DNA of 64,000 nucleotides from an uncultured Thermoleophilia bacterium (GCA_963702475.1 CAVPCT010000004.1:416001-480000); one strand, 5' to 3'; shown: positions 8,723 through 18,650, numbered from the stretch's first letter. Made by a program: numbers and translations. Notes: generated from the letters alone by a model not told the origin.

Positions 8723-10521
8723 GCTCGCGCCGCCCGCGCCTCTTCTGGCGCCTCTTCGCCACGTATCTCGCCGTCATCGTGCTGTGCGCCGCGGCGATCG
8801 GCGCGTTCGCCGTCTCGTCGGCGCGGAGCTTCTACATGACCCACACCGAGGCCGAGCTGCAGGCCCGCGCCCAGCTGGTGCGGGAACAGGTCGTGCCGGG
8901 GCTGGATACCCTGTCCGCAGGCGAGCTCGAGTCGCTGATCCTGAGACTGGGGGCGGCCTCCGGTACACGGCTCACGCTCATCTCAGCCGGCTCCGGCGCG
9001 GAGCCCGCCGGCACCGTGCTCGCCGAGTCCGACACCGAGCCCTCTGAGATGGGAGACCACAGCGACCGGCCGGAGTTCCGGGACGCCCTGGTCAGCGACG
9101 TCGGCGTGTCGACCCGGTACAGCACCACTCTCAAGGAAGAGATGATGTACGTGGCCGTGCCGGTCACCCAGGACGGGGAGGTCACGGCCGTCGTGCGCGT
9201 CGCGATCCCACTCACCCTCGTGAACCAGGCGCTCGCCGACCTCTACTGGCGCATCGCCCTCGCCACCGTGGTGGTGGCGGTGCTGGCGGCGCTCATCGGT
9301 CTCTACGTCTCGCGCCGCCTGAGCGGGCAGATCCGCGCCATCAAGGTGGGGGCTGAGCGTCTGGCCGGCGGCGACTTCGCCCACAAGCTGTCCGTGCCGC
9401 GGACGCTCGAGTTCGCCGCCGTCGCCGAGAGCCTCAATTCCATGGCCGAAGAGCTCGATGAGAAGATCGGCACGCTCACGCGCGAGCGCAATGAGAGGGA
9501 GGCCGTGCTGGCCAGCATGGTCGAGGGTGTGCTGGCCGTGGACGCCGACGAACGCATCATCGCGCTGAACGAGGCCGCGGCCGCATTGGCCGGCGTGACG
9601 CCGCAGGCGGCCGAGGGGCATCTTGTGCAGGAGGTGCTGCGGAACCCCGACCTGCAGCACGTCGTCGCCCAGACCTTGTCCGGCCACCAGCCGGTCGAGG
9701 CCGACATCGTCATGCGGGTCGGAGCGGAGGAGCGCTCGCTGCAGGCGAACGGGACGCTGCTGCGCGCCGGCGACGGACAGGCGTCCGCCGGCGCCGTGGT
9801 CGTGCTCAACGACGTGACGCGCCTTCAGCGGCTCGAGGCCGTGCGGCGCGATTTCGTCGCCAACGTGTCGCACGAGCTCAAGACGCCGGTGACGTCCATC
9901 AAGGGCTTCGCCGAGACGCTGCAGGACGGCGCGCTGGACGACCCCGAGACGGCGCGCCGCTTCGTGGGGATCATCGTGGGGCAGGCTGACCGGCTCAACT
10001 CGATCATCGCCGACCTCCTCTCGCTCTCCACGCTGGAGCAGAAGGAAGGCGAGTCGAGGCTCACGCTGGAGAGCGCGGACATCTGTGAGGTGATCCGCGT
10101 CGCCGTCGAGGTCTGCGAGCCCAAGGCGCAGGCCAAGGACATCTCGATCCAGGTGGCCTGCACCGCCTGTACGCTCTCGACCGTCAACGTCCCGCTGCTG
10201 GAGCAGGCGGTGGTGAACCTCGTCGACAATGCCGTCAAGTACAGCCCGGAGGGCAGCTCGGTCCAGGTGGGCCTCATAGAGACCGGCGACGAAGTGGTCG
10301 TCTTCGTGATCGACCATGGCCCGGGCGTGCCGCGCGAGCACCTGCCGCGGCTCTTCGAGCGCTTCTATCGAGTGGACAAGGCCCGCAGCCGTGATCTCGG
10401 CGGCACGGGCCTTGGGCTGGCCATCGTCAAGCACATCGCCCAGGCTCACGGAGGCAGCGTGTCGGTGGACAGCGCGGTCGGGGCGGGAAGCACGTTCCGC
10501 ATCCACATCCCCAGGAGCTGA
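8719..10521 (+). CDS. phoR: Phosphate regulon sensor histidine kinase (2 TM, HAMP, PAS, HisKA, HATPase)
   Basis: DFVANVSHELKTP, NLVDNAVKYS, FERFYRVDKARSR..GGTGLGL; GTGA overlap with phoP. Confidence 0.9.
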   Translation: MSSRRPRLFWRLFATYLAVIVLCAAAIGAFAVSSARSFYMTHTEAELQARAQLVREQVVPGLDTLSAGELESLILRLGAASGTRLTLISAGSGAEPAGTVLAESDTEPSEMGDHSDRPEFRDALVSDVGVSTRYSTTLKEEMMYVAVPVTQDGEVTAVVRVAIPLTLVNQALADLYWRIALATVVVAVLAALIGLYVSRRLSGQIRAIKVGAERLAGGDFAHKLSVPRTLEFAAVAESLNSMAEELDEKIGTLTRERNEREAVLASMVEGVLAVDADERIIALNEAAAALAGVTPQAAEGHLVQEVLRNPDLQHVVAQTLSGHQPVEADIVMRVGAEERSLQANGTLLRAGDGQASAGAVVVLNDVTRLQRLEAVRRDFVANVSHELKTPVTSIKGFAETLQDGALDDPETARRFVGIIVGQADRLNSIIADLLSLSTLEQKEGESRLTLESADICEVIRVAVEVCEPKAQAKDISIQVACTACTLSTVNVPLLEQAVVNLVDNAVKYSPEGSSVQVGLIETGDEVVVFVIDHGPGVPREHLPRLFERFYRVDKARSRDLGGTGLGLAIVKHIAQAHGGSVSVDSAVGAGSTFRIHIPRS

Positions 10522-10602
10522 GGGGCAGGGACTCGCTCTGCAACAGCGTCGCGGCTGTCTGCCCGGCTCGGTCATCCCGCGGCGTTCGCGAGCCAGCTCA
10601 CG

Positions 10603-10657
10603 CCTAACGAGGGCGTCACCCTGCGCTCATCGTCGCCTAACGCGGCGAGGCGATACT
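10603..10657 (+). promoter_or_regulatory. Putative PHO-box promoter 4
   Basis: CTAAC 10604, GTCAC 10615, CTCAT 10626, CTAAC 10637; GATACT at 10652 (+15). Confidence 0.65.
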
Positions 10658-10666
10658 GAGCGCGCC

Positions 10667-10849
10667 ATGTTGACGCGAAGCATGAAGATACGACGGCAGC
10701 TGCGAAGCGCTCGCGTCTCGGCGCTCTCCGAAGAGGCACGGCGCGCCGAGATGCGCGAGGCCGAGGAGCGCAGGGCGGGACTGGAGAGCGCCCAGCCCAC
10801 GCAGGGGCCCGCCGGCGCTGCTCTCCCGCCCCCGGCCGCCGGCCACTGA
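10667..10849 (+). CDS. Small hypothetical protein (60 aa, charged helix)
   Basis: MLTRSMKIRRQLRSARVSALSEEARRAEMREAEERR...; ATG 9 nt after the -10 of promoter 4. Confidence 0.5.
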   Translation: MLTRSMKIRRQLRSARVSALSEEARRAEMREAEERRAGLESAQPTQGPAGAALPPPAAGH

Positions 10850-10864
10850 GCGACACTGCGGTCG

Positions 10865-11095
10865 ATGACGCCGACTCCCACGCCGGCCGGCCACGGGCCG
10901 GGCGCGCCGGCGAACGCCCGCGGCGCCGTGCTCCTCGCGTGCGACGTGTGCTTTCACGAGTTCGGTGTCCCCGTGGCCGCGTACAGGTCCCTGTCCGGCA
11001 TCGTGGCGTGTCCCAGGTGTGGGAGTCTGGACCTGGTGCTCATCGATCCGGGCGACGACGTTCCGGGGCGCGACCCGGCTCGCAAGGCCGGCTGA
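10865..11095 (+). CDS. Small zinc-ribbon protein (76 aa)
   Basis: CDVCFHEF...CPRCGS double CxxC pattern, FmdB/HypA-like ribbon. Confidence 0.6.
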   Translation: MTPTPTPAGHGPGAPANARGAVLLACDVCFHEFGVPVAAYRSLSGIVACPRCGSLDLVLIDPGDDVPGRDPARKAG

Positions 11096-11152
11096 GGCGC
11101 TCCACCCGCGGGGCGACGTCGGCGGCGCGGATCGAGACCCTCTGCGGCCCCC

Positions 11153-11668
11153 TCAGCCGACCCCGCTGAGGGCCGGCAGGTCCGCCGTCGCCTCCGGGCC
11201 TATCGGACGGCGGAACACGACGCGGTGGCCGCCCCTGCCGGCGTAGTCGAGCCAGACCGGCACCCCGTCGAGCAGGGCGTCCCCGGGCTGGGCCTCGAAG
11301 CCCATCGCGATGTGGAACGCGATCGCATCGCGGTCGGACGGCATCAAGAACGCTCGTACCGTCTTGCGGCCGTGCATCTGGGCGGCGGCGAAGAAGCGTT
11401 CGTACAACCGCCGCCCCAGCCCCAGCCGCCGAAAGGCCGGGTCGACGCCGATGAAGTGCACCGCTGCCTCCTCCGGCCGGGTTTGCGGGAGGAGGCCGAG
11501 GAGCAGCCCCACCAGGTCGCCTTCTGATTCGAACGCGAAGCTGACCTGTGAGAACTGCACGAAGAAGACGCGCGGGAGACGCGGCGTCCTGGGGCGGCCG
11601 TCCCACCAGGCTTCCGTGAGAGCACGGGTACGGTCGTAATCGGAGACACGCACGTGACGCAGGAGCAT
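11153..11668 (-). CDS. GNAT N-acetyltransferase
   Basis: HFIGVDPAFRRLGLGRRLY acetyl-CoA motif, AFHIAMGF; AGGAGGTG RBS before ATG 11668. Confidence 0.88.
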   Translation of the reverse strand: MLLRHVRVSDYDRTRALTEAWWDGRPRTPRLPRVFFVQFSQVSFAFESEGDLVGLLLGLLPQTRPEEAAVHFIGVDPAFRRLGLGRRLYERFFAAAQMHGRKTVRAFLMPSDRDAIAFHIAMGFEAQPGDALLDGVPVWLDYAGRGGHRVVFRRPIGPEATADLPALSGVG

Positions 11669-11833
11669 GTCGCACCTCCTCTCGGGGCCGATGCCGCGGT
11701 CGCACGCGGCTCCAGCAGGATGCGCCTTCCCTGTTTGCGGCGCATGCGGAGCGCGTGAGCGTTCCTCCAGTCCGCCGTCCTCACTCTGCTCGTGTGGGTC
11801 GCTCATGCTTCGTGAGTCTGACCGTATCGTGCC

Positions 11834-11877
11834 GTTCACCAGGGTCTCACAGGCCTCTCACAGGCGCTCCCTAGGCT
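11834..11877 (+). promoter_or_regulatory. PHO-box promoter 5 (pstS)
   Basis: GTTCACCAGGG TCTCACAGGCC TCTCACAGGCG direct repeats; the first matches the Streptomyces PhoP unit GTTCACC. TAGGCT at 11872 (+15). Confidence 0.8.
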
Positions 11878-11945
11878 GCGGCCCATGGGTGCGGCATCGG
11901 ACGCGGCCGTGCCCAGGACCCTGACTATCCGAAGGAGAGGTGCCA

Positions 11946-13007
11946 ATGAGATCGGGCAAGTCACGTGTCACCGCCGTCGCGCTACTCGCGGGGCTCGTCG
12001 CCGTCGTGTTCACGGCGTTCGTCGCCCCTGCTCTGGCTGCGGTGACCATCAACGGTGCGGGCGCCACCTTCCCCGCTCCCCTCTACTACAAGTGGGCCAA
12101 CGACTGGAAGGGCAAGACCGGCAACAAGGTCAACTACCAGGCCATCGGTTCCGGCGGCGGCATCTCCGCCATCAAGGCGGGGACCGTGCTGTTCGGCGGC
12201 TCCGACACGCCGCTCTCCGCCGCCGAACTGAAGGACAGCGGCCTCGTGCAGTTCCCCAGCTGCATCGGGGGCGTGGTGCCCATTGTGAACCTGCCGGGCA
12301 TCGGCAACGGCAAGCTGAAGCTCACCGGCCCGGTGCTGGCGGACATCTATCTCGGCAAGATCACGACGTGGAACCACAAGTCGATCAAGGCGCTCAATCC
12401 CGGCGTGAACCTGCCCTCCACGCGCATCCTGGTCGTCCATCGTTCGGACTCGTCGGGCACGTCGTGGATCTTCACGAAGTACCTCTCCGCCGTCTCGAGC
12501 GAGTGGGCCGGCAAGGTCGGCGCCGACAAGAGCGTCCGCTGGCCGGTCGGTGTCGCCGGCAAGGGGAACGAGGGCGTGGCGGCGCTCGTGAAGCAGACCA
12601 AGGGCCGCATCGGCTACGTGGAGTTCGCCTACTCCGTGCAGTCCCGCATCCCCTGGACGCAGATGAAGAACAAAGCCGGCTCGTTCGTCTCCCCGTCGCT
12701 GGGCAGCTTCTCCGCGGCCGCGAGCGGCGCCACCTGGTCGGCCGCCAACGGGTTCGGGACCGTTCTCGTGAACGCCTCCGGCGCCAAGAGCTGGCCGATC
12801 GCCGGCGCCACGTTCGTGCTCGTCAAGAAGAGCACCGGCGACTACAACACGGCGCACGCGATGTTCCAGTTCTGGGACTACGCCTACAAGAGCGGCCGGG
12901 GTGCGGCGTCTGCTCTCCAGTACGTGAGTATGCCGACCAAGGTCGTCACCGCCGTGGAGAAGGTCTGGCGCTCGCAGGTCAAGGCCGGTGGCAGGGCCGC
13001 GTGGTGA
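11946..13007 (+). CDS. pstS: Phosphate ABC transporter substrate-binding protein
   Basis: INGAGATFPAPLY, YQAIGSGGG, HRSDSSGTS, GKGNEGV, WPIAG. Confidence 0.96.
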   Translation: MRSGKSRVTAVALLAGLVAVVFTAFVAPALAAVTINGAGATFPAPLYYKWANDWKGKTGNKVNYQAIGSGGGISAIKAGTVLFGGSDTPLSAAELKDSGLVQFPSCIGGVVPIVNLPGIGNGKLKLTGPVLADIYLGKITTWNHKSIKALNPGVNLPSTRILVVHRSDSSGTSWIFTKYLSAVSSEWAGKVGADKSVRWPVGVAGKGNEGVAALVKQTKGRIGYVEFAYSVQSRIPWTQMKNKAGSFVSPSLGSFSAAASGATWSAANGFGTVLVNASGAKSWPIAGATFVLVKKSTGDYNTAHAMFQFWDYAYKSGRGAASALQYVSMPTKVVTAVEKVWRSQVKAGGRAAW

Positions 13008-13157
13008 TGTCGGCCTGAGGCCGGCGGACGCGCCACATGCACCGCCGGTCCGGACCATTCGCTGGCAGGCACGCGTCCGTGCCGCCGTGGGTCACACTCC
13101 GCGGCACCAGTCCAGCCGGGAGCGACGGTGTCAGAAGATGGGCGGCGTCCGTCTCGA

Positions 13158-13185
13158 GGGCGGGGCTCCTCCGGGAGCCCCGCCC
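13158..13185 (+). terminator. GC-rich hairpin after pstS
   Basis: GGGCGGGGCTCC-TCCG-GGAGCCCCGCCC, 12-bp perfect stem, no U-tract. Confidence 0.5.
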
Positions 13186-13255
13186 GTCGCCTCGGGAGAG
13201 CCCGTGACGCCTTTCCCGAAGGGACCGGCCGTTGCGACCGGCGCTTCGTCCGGTG

Positions 13256-13298
13256 CTGACGAAGCACTAACCGTCCGCTCACATCGCGTGGGTAGCCT
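13256..13298 (+). promoter_or_regulatory. Putative PHO-box promoter 6 (pstCAB-phoU)
   Basis: CTGAC 13256, CTAAC 13267, CTCAC 13278; TAGCCT at 13293 (+15). Confidence 0.7.
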
Positions 13299-13414
13299 GC
13301 CCATCCAGCGCGGGTCAGGCGCGGCCGGCTCGTCGCACGGCCGGGAGTCTGACCCGTTGCGGTACACGCCAAGCATCGTCCACACACTGCGCTGACTCCG
13401 GGGAGGCAGGAACC

Positions 13415-14426
13415 GTGAGCACAGCAGAAACACCCCTGACTTCAGTGACTGCCGGTCCGCGCGGCGCCGAAGCGGCGCCGCGCAGCCGCCGGCTCCGCAT
13501 AGGCGACCCGGTCTTCCGCACGCTCGCCACGGTCTGCGGCATCACCGTGGCGGTCACGATGTTCGGGCTCGCCGCTCGTCCTTGTCTACGAATCGTGGCC
13601 TGCCATCGAGGAGCTCGGCTTCGGCATGCTGACCCACGTCGCCTGGTCGCCGACCACCGGCGAGTACGGGGCCCTGGCAGCTCTCGCCGGCACTGCGCTG
13701 AGCACAGTCGTTGCGATGGTGATCGCCGTGCCGCTCGCCATGGTCATCGCGCTGCTCCTCGTGGAGCTGGTGCATCCGGCCGTCGCGCGCGTGGTCGGCA
13801 CCGGCATCGAGATGCTGGCCGCCATCCCTAGCATCATCTTCGGCATGGTCGGGTTGTTCGTCATCGTTCCCTTCATCCAGGACAGGTTCACGCCATGGGT
13901 GCTCAACACCCCATTGGGCAAGCTGCCTGGGATCGAGCCGGGACCTCAGTTCCAGGGCGGCGGTCTCTCCGTCTTCACTGCCGGCGTCGTCCTGGCGTTC
14001 ATGGTGCTGCCGTTCATCACCGCGGTGTCGCGCGACGTCCTCATGATGGTGCCGAGGGTCACCAAGGAGGCGGGCTTCGGGATGGGCTCCACCACGTGGG
14101 AGGTCATGCGCAAGATCAGCCTGCGCTACGCCAACAGCGGCATCGTGGGCGCCATCTTCATCGGCTTCGGTCGCGCCCTCGGCGAGACCATGGCCGTGGC
14201 CTACCTCATCGGCAGCCTCTACACCGACATGCCGCGGTCCATCTTCGACCCCGGTACGTCCATCGCCTCGCTCATCGCCCAGCAGTTCAGCGAGGCGACG
14301 GACAGGATCCAGGTGAGCGCCCTCATCGAGCTCGGCCTGATCCTGTTCGCGATCACCGTGCTGTTCCAGGTGCTCGCACAGCTCTGGTTGCGCCGCGTGC
14401 GCAAGACGACGGGAGGCCGGGCATGA
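13415..14426 (+). CDS. pstC: Phosphate ABC transporter permease PstC, +1 frameshift near 13574 (probable read error)
   Basis: Removing one G joins ...TMFGLA to LVLVYESWPAIEELG...; EMLAAIPSIIFG and FGRALGETMAV motifs. Confidence 0.9.
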
Positions 14427-15403
14427 GAAGGCGGAGCAGCGAAGCTCCCGAGCGGGGCAGCGGAGGGATGCCGGTCTGCGCTGCCTCCGGCCCCGGCGGG
14501 CCGCCCTCGGAGCTGCTCGCGGGTCCTCAGCTGAGGCACCGGTCGTTGGCCGGGCGCAAGGCGGCGGACATCACCGTCAAGGTGTTCTCCTGGATCGGGG
14601 CGTGGATCGGCATCTCCGTCATGGCGTTCGTCGTCATCGAGGTCGTGCGTCGAGGCGCAGCGGCGTGGAACGTGGCCTTCTTCACTCAATCCACGCCGAT
14701 GGACGTGACCTCGACCGCCGGTGGCTTCGCCAACGCCATCGTCGGCACGCTCGTCATCACCGGCATCGCCGCGCTGATGGCCATCCCCGTCGGGTTCCTC
14801 GGCGGCGTCTACCTGGCTGAGTTCGGGCGCAACGGGCGGGTGGCCACCGCCATCCGTTCCATCGCCAACGTGGTCATGGGCGTCCCGTCGATCATCGTCG
14901 GCGTGTTCGCCTTCGCCATCCTCGTGGAGCCGCAGCAACACTACTCCGGTTTCGCCGGGTCGGTGGCGCTGGCGTTCATCATGTTGCCGGTGATGGCGCG
15001 CACCACCGAGGACATGCTCAACCTGGTGCCCAATGAGCTGCGCGAGTCGGGGCTGGCCATGGGCGCGCCGCGCTGGAAGGTCACGCTCGGCGTGGTCTGC
15101 CGCGCGGCGCGCGGCGGCCTCATCACCGGCGCCACGCTCGCCGTGGTGCGCGTGGCCGGCGAGACGGCTCCGCTGCTCTTCACCGCCCTCAGCAGCCCGT
15201 ACTGGATGACGGGCCTCTTTGGCCCGGGCGGTTACTTCGGCGGCCCGGTCGCCAACCTCACCAAGACCATCTACGACTTCTCGGGGTCGCCGTATCCGCA
15301 CTGGCAGACCCTGGCCTGGGGTGGCGCGCTGCTCATCATCGTGTTCGTTCTCGGCATGAACATCCTGGTGAGGCTCCTGTTCCAGCGAGGCAAGGAATGG
15401 TAG
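14423..15403 (+). CDS. pstA: Phosphate ABC transporter permease PstA
   Basis: GVYLAEF, GVPSIIVG, LRESGLAMGA, RVAGETAPLLFT; ATGA overlap with pstC. Confidence 0.95.
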   Translation: MRRRSSEAPERGSGGMPVCAASGPGGPPSELLAGPQLRHRSLAGRKAADITVKVFSWIGAWIGISVMAFVVIEVVRRGAAAWNVAFFTQSTPMDVTSTAGGFANAIVGTLVITGIAALMAIPVGFLGGVYLAEFGRNGRVATAIRSIANVVMGVPSIIVGVFAFAILVEPQQHYSGFAGSVALAFIMLPVMARTTEDMLNLVPNELRESGLAMGAPRWKVTLGVVCRAARGGLITGATLAVVRVAGETAPLLFTALSSPYWMTGLFGPGGYFGGPVANLTKTIYDFSGSPYPHWQTLAWGGALLIIVFVLGMNILVRLLFQRGKEW

Positions 15404-16272
15404 GGGACGACGGTGACAGCGATGACGCAATGACACAGATGCAGAGTGCACCCACAGTCGTGCCGCCGCGGCTCGAGGTCGCGGAGGCGCGCCGGGAGGT
15501 CAGCGAAGACTTCGAGTCCCTGCCCACCGAGCTCGCCGTGCGCAACCTGGACTTCCACTACGGCAAGGAGCAGGCGCTCTTCAGCAACGATATCGACATC
15601 AAGAAGAACCGGGTCACGGCCGTGATCGGCCCTTCGGGGTGCGGGAAGTCCACCCACATCCGCACGTACAACCGCATCTACAATCTGTACCGCGACCAGC
15701 GGGCCAGCGGCCAGATCATGATGGAAGGGGTCAACATCCTCGGCTCCGTGGACCTGCTGGACCTGCGCCGCCGCATCGGCATGATCTTCCAGAAGCCCAG
15801 CCCGTTTCCGATGACGGTGTTCGAGAACGTCGCCTACGGTCTGCGCCAGCACTACAAGCTGAGCCGCTCCGAGCTTGCCATGCGCGTCGAGGACGCACTG
15901 AAGCGCTCGGCCATCTGGGACGAGGTCAAGCACAAGCTGCACGAGCCGGGCAACGCGCTCTCGGGCGGCCAGCAGCAGCGGCTCTGCATCGCGCGGGCCA
16001 TCGCCGCCGAGCCCGACGTGCTGCTCATGGACGAGCCCTGCTCGGCCATCGACCCGGTCGCGACTGCCAAGATCGAGGAGCTCATCCTCGAGCTCAAGTG
16101 CCGCTACACCATCGTCCTGGTCACGCACAACATGCAGCAGGCGGCGCGCGTGAGCGACTACACGGCGTTCTTCTTCCAGGGTCGCATCGTGGAGTTCGGC
16201 CCCACCACGCAGATCTTCTCGTGTCCTGCCGAGAGGCAGACCGAGGAGTACATCACCGGCCGCTTCGGATGA
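15397..16272 (+). CDS. pstB: Phosphate ABC transporter ATPase
   Basis: GPSGCGKST, FQKPSPFP, LSGGQQQRLCIAR, EEYITGRFG. Confidence 0.96.
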   Translation: MVGDDGDSDDAMTQMQSAPTVVPPRLEVAEARREVSEDFESLPTELAVRNLDFHYGKEQALFSNDIDIKKNRVTAVIGPSGCGKSTHIRTYNRIYNLYRDQRASGQIMMEGVNILGSVDLLDLRRRIGMIFQKPSPFPMTVFENVAYGLRQHYKLSRSELAMRVEDALKRSAIWDEVKHKLHEPGNALSGGQQQRLCIARAIAAEPDVLLMDEPCSAIDPVATAKIEELILELKCRYTIVLVTHNMQQAARVSDYTAFFFQGRIVEFGPTTQIFSCPAERQTEEYITGRFG

Positions 16273-16285
16273 GACCGGAGTCCCC

Positions 16286-16990
16286 GTGACGCCAGTGACG
16301 CACCTGCAGCGCGAGCTCGACAAGCTCAAACGCAAGATGCTCGGCCTGGGCGCCGTGGTCGAGGAGAACCTCCACCTGGCGTTCCGGGCCATCGAGGAGC
16401 GTGACGAGCTCAGGGCGCGGCGGGTCATAGCCACCGACCTGACGATCGACGACCAGGAGGTCGAGGTCGAGGAGGAGTGCCTCAAGATCCTCGCCCTGTA
16501 CCAGCCGGTGGCCGGCGACCTTCGCTTCCTGGTCGCCGTCATCAAGATCAACAGCGAACTGGAGCGCATCGGCGACCTGGCGACGAACATCGCCGAGCGC
16601 GCACTCTCCCTGATCCAGGAGCCGCCGGTCCCGGTGCCCGCGTGTCTCGCGGTGATGGCCGAGCGCACCGGGTCCATCCTCGAGAAAGCGCTGGACGCGC
16701 TGGTCCAGCAGGACGCGGTCACGGCACGCTGTGTGCTGGGCGCGGACGACGAGATCGACCTCTTGTACCAGAAGCTCATCGCGGACCTCAAGACGAGCAT
16801 CCGCGCCGACATCGGCCGCCTCGACGCGCTCGTCCTCCTGTTCAGCGTGGCGCGGTACCTCGAGCGCCTCGCCGATCACGCTACGAACATCGCCGAGGAC
16901 GTGCTCTACATGGTGGAGGGCGAGATCCACCGCCACCAGACGCCGGATTCCGCGGAGTCGCTCCTGGGTCGGGAGGCGGAGGACCGGTAG
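16286..16990 (+). CDS. phoU: Phosphate signalling protein PhoU
   Basis: QPVAGDLR, ELERIGDLATNIA, YLERLADHATNIAE. Confidence 0.96.
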   Translation: MTPVTHLQRELDKLKRKMLGLGAVVEENLHLAFRAIEERDELRARRVIATDLTIDDQEVEVEEECLKILALYQPVAGDLRFLVAVIKINSELERIGDLATNIAERALSLIQEPPVPVPACLAVMAERTGSILEKALDALVQQDAVTARCVLGADDEIDLLYQKLIADLKTSIRADIGRLDALVLLFSVARYLERLADHATNIAEDVLYMVEGEIHRHQTPDSAESLLGREAEDR

Positions 16991-17156
16991 GCCGAGGTCA
17001 CAGACGCGGCCGCGCCGCTCCGCCGCCGGCCGCATGCCGTCCCTCCTAGCATCAGGATCCTTGCCTCCGGTGCGACGGAGGGCACCCGGCGGCCCGGGCC
17101 TACCCCTACCAGGCCCGGGCCGTCTCTCGTCCGGCCGGCGCGGCGGCCGGCCGGGA

Positions 17157-18650
17157 TCACTGCACGGTGACGGTGGTGGTCGGCGACACGGCCTTGCCGG
17201 CCTTGAAGTAGTACTGGGTGGTCTGCTCCGGGCTGATGCCTTCGCTGTACGCCGAGTACTTGGCCGTGTAGCCGCTGCCCAGACTCTCGGTCTCGACGGT
17301 GGTAGTGACCTCGCGGCTGCGCCAGGCGTCACCGTCGTTGAAGTACATCCGCACCGTCTCGCCCTTCACGAGGGCAGGGTAGATGCGTCCCCTGAGCGTG
17401 AGCCGCTGGTCGGGGGCGATCGTGGTCTTGTCACGGGTGGCGGGGGCGATGGACATGCTGGCGAACTCGGCCCACGTGCTCTTGAGGCCGAGCTTCATGC
17501 GCAGCTCGTTGCCGTCCATGAACTTGACTCCCGAGCTGCTGATGAGCGCGGCCTTGACGATGCGCGGGGACGTGCCGCGCTTGACGGTGTACACGGCGCG
17601 CAGCGTGCCACCCACGCCGAGCGGCTTGGCGACCTCGGCGGCCGTACGGCGCAACGGCCCCCAGTCGTGCAGGGTGGCGTAGGTGTCGTAGGGGTCCTCG
17701 ACGCCCTTGAGGTACGGGATCGACGACGCCCCCGGCCACCCGAACTGGATGCTCTCGGTGTGGCCGCCGGAGCTTGAGAAGTACACGGCCAGTATCGGCT
17801 TCTTGTCGTACACCGGCACCACCCCGGCCGTCTCGCGCACGGCCCTGTCGGTGGACGGGTCCTCGATGCCGACGCCGACGTAGGCCTGGCTGCGCACGTC
17901 GCAGTACACGTCCCAGGATTGGGTGGGCTTGCGCGAGCCCAGGGCGAACGCCCGCGCCGCGCAGGCTTGCGCCTTGAGCGCCTCGATGGGCCACGATGGC
18001 GGAACCTCGTGCGGCACCACGCCGCGCAGGTAGCTCTCCAGCGGCACGACGTTGACCATCATGAGCTTGCCGTCTTCGCGGACCACGCGCAGCACGCCGC
18101 GGTACGCGCCGGTGTCGCCGAGGTCGGTGGGCGTGAGGATGTTCAGCGCCCCCTTGCTCGGCGTGAACGTGACCGGCGAGCTGAACGCCTGCGTCTGGCC
18201 GGCGGCGGTGACCTTGAAGGCGCCGCCGGAGTACGTAGTCACGGCGGTCACACCGCCGGCGATGGACAGGGAGCCGCCGCCGCCCGAGGCCGTGTAGTTC
18301 TGCGCGCAGCTCACCTTCACCGAGCTCAGCGCGCTGGCCAGGCGCACCCGCACGCTGTCGTTGGCGACCTCGTCGAAGCCGATGCCCGTGTAGTAGTGCT
18401 TGAGGATGTCCTTGTACTCCCAGCCGTGCTTCGCGTAACCGTAGGCGCCCCACTGCGACATGCCGATGCCGTGGCCCCAGCCGTGGCCGACGATACGGAA
18501 GGCCACGTCCGTGGTTGCGGCGGAGGCTGCTCCGGGGCACGTCAGGCCGAGCAACAGGATCGCCAGCGCCACCGCCGGGACGACCACGCGGCGGCCGCGC
18601 CGGGTGCGGCGGCGGGGGCCGAGAGGGGATGTGGTGCCGGTCGTGTGCAT
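17157..18650 (-). CDS. Secreted SpoIID/LytB-domain protein (lytic transglycosylase-like)
   Basis: Signal peptide; GHGWGHGIGMSQWGA near the N-terminus, LESYLRGVVPHE, EALKAQA, SSSGGHTE. Confidence 0.9.
   Translation of the reverse strand: MHTTGTTSPLGPRRRTRRGRRVVVPAVALAILLLGLTCPGAASAATTDVAFRIVGHGWGHGIGMSQWGAYGYAKHGWEYKDILKHYYTGIGFDEVANDSVRVRLASALSSVKVSCAQNYTASGGGGSLSIAGGVTAVTTYSGGAFKVTAAGQTQAFSSPVTFTPSKGALNILTPTDLGDTGAYRGVLRVVREDGKLMMVNVVPLESYLRGVVPHEVPPSWPIEALKAQACAARAFALGSRKPTQSWDVYCDVRSQAYVGVGIEDPSTDRAVRETAGVVPVYDKKPILAVYFSSSGGHTESIQFGWPGASSIPYLKGVEDPYDTYATLHDWGPLRRTAAEVAKPLGVGGTLRAVYTVKRGTSPRIVKAALISSSGVKFMDGNELRMKLGLKSTWAEFASMSIAPATRDKTTIAPDQRLTLRGRIYPALVKGETVRMYFNDGDAWRSREVTTTVETESLGSGYTAKYSAYSEGISPEQTTQYYFKAGKAVSPTTTVTVQ

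Noticed and set aside
13415-14426. pstC as a pseudogene or programmed frameshift
   Set aside because: No slippery site, both halves are intact, and the same +1 error type recurs elsewhere in the window.
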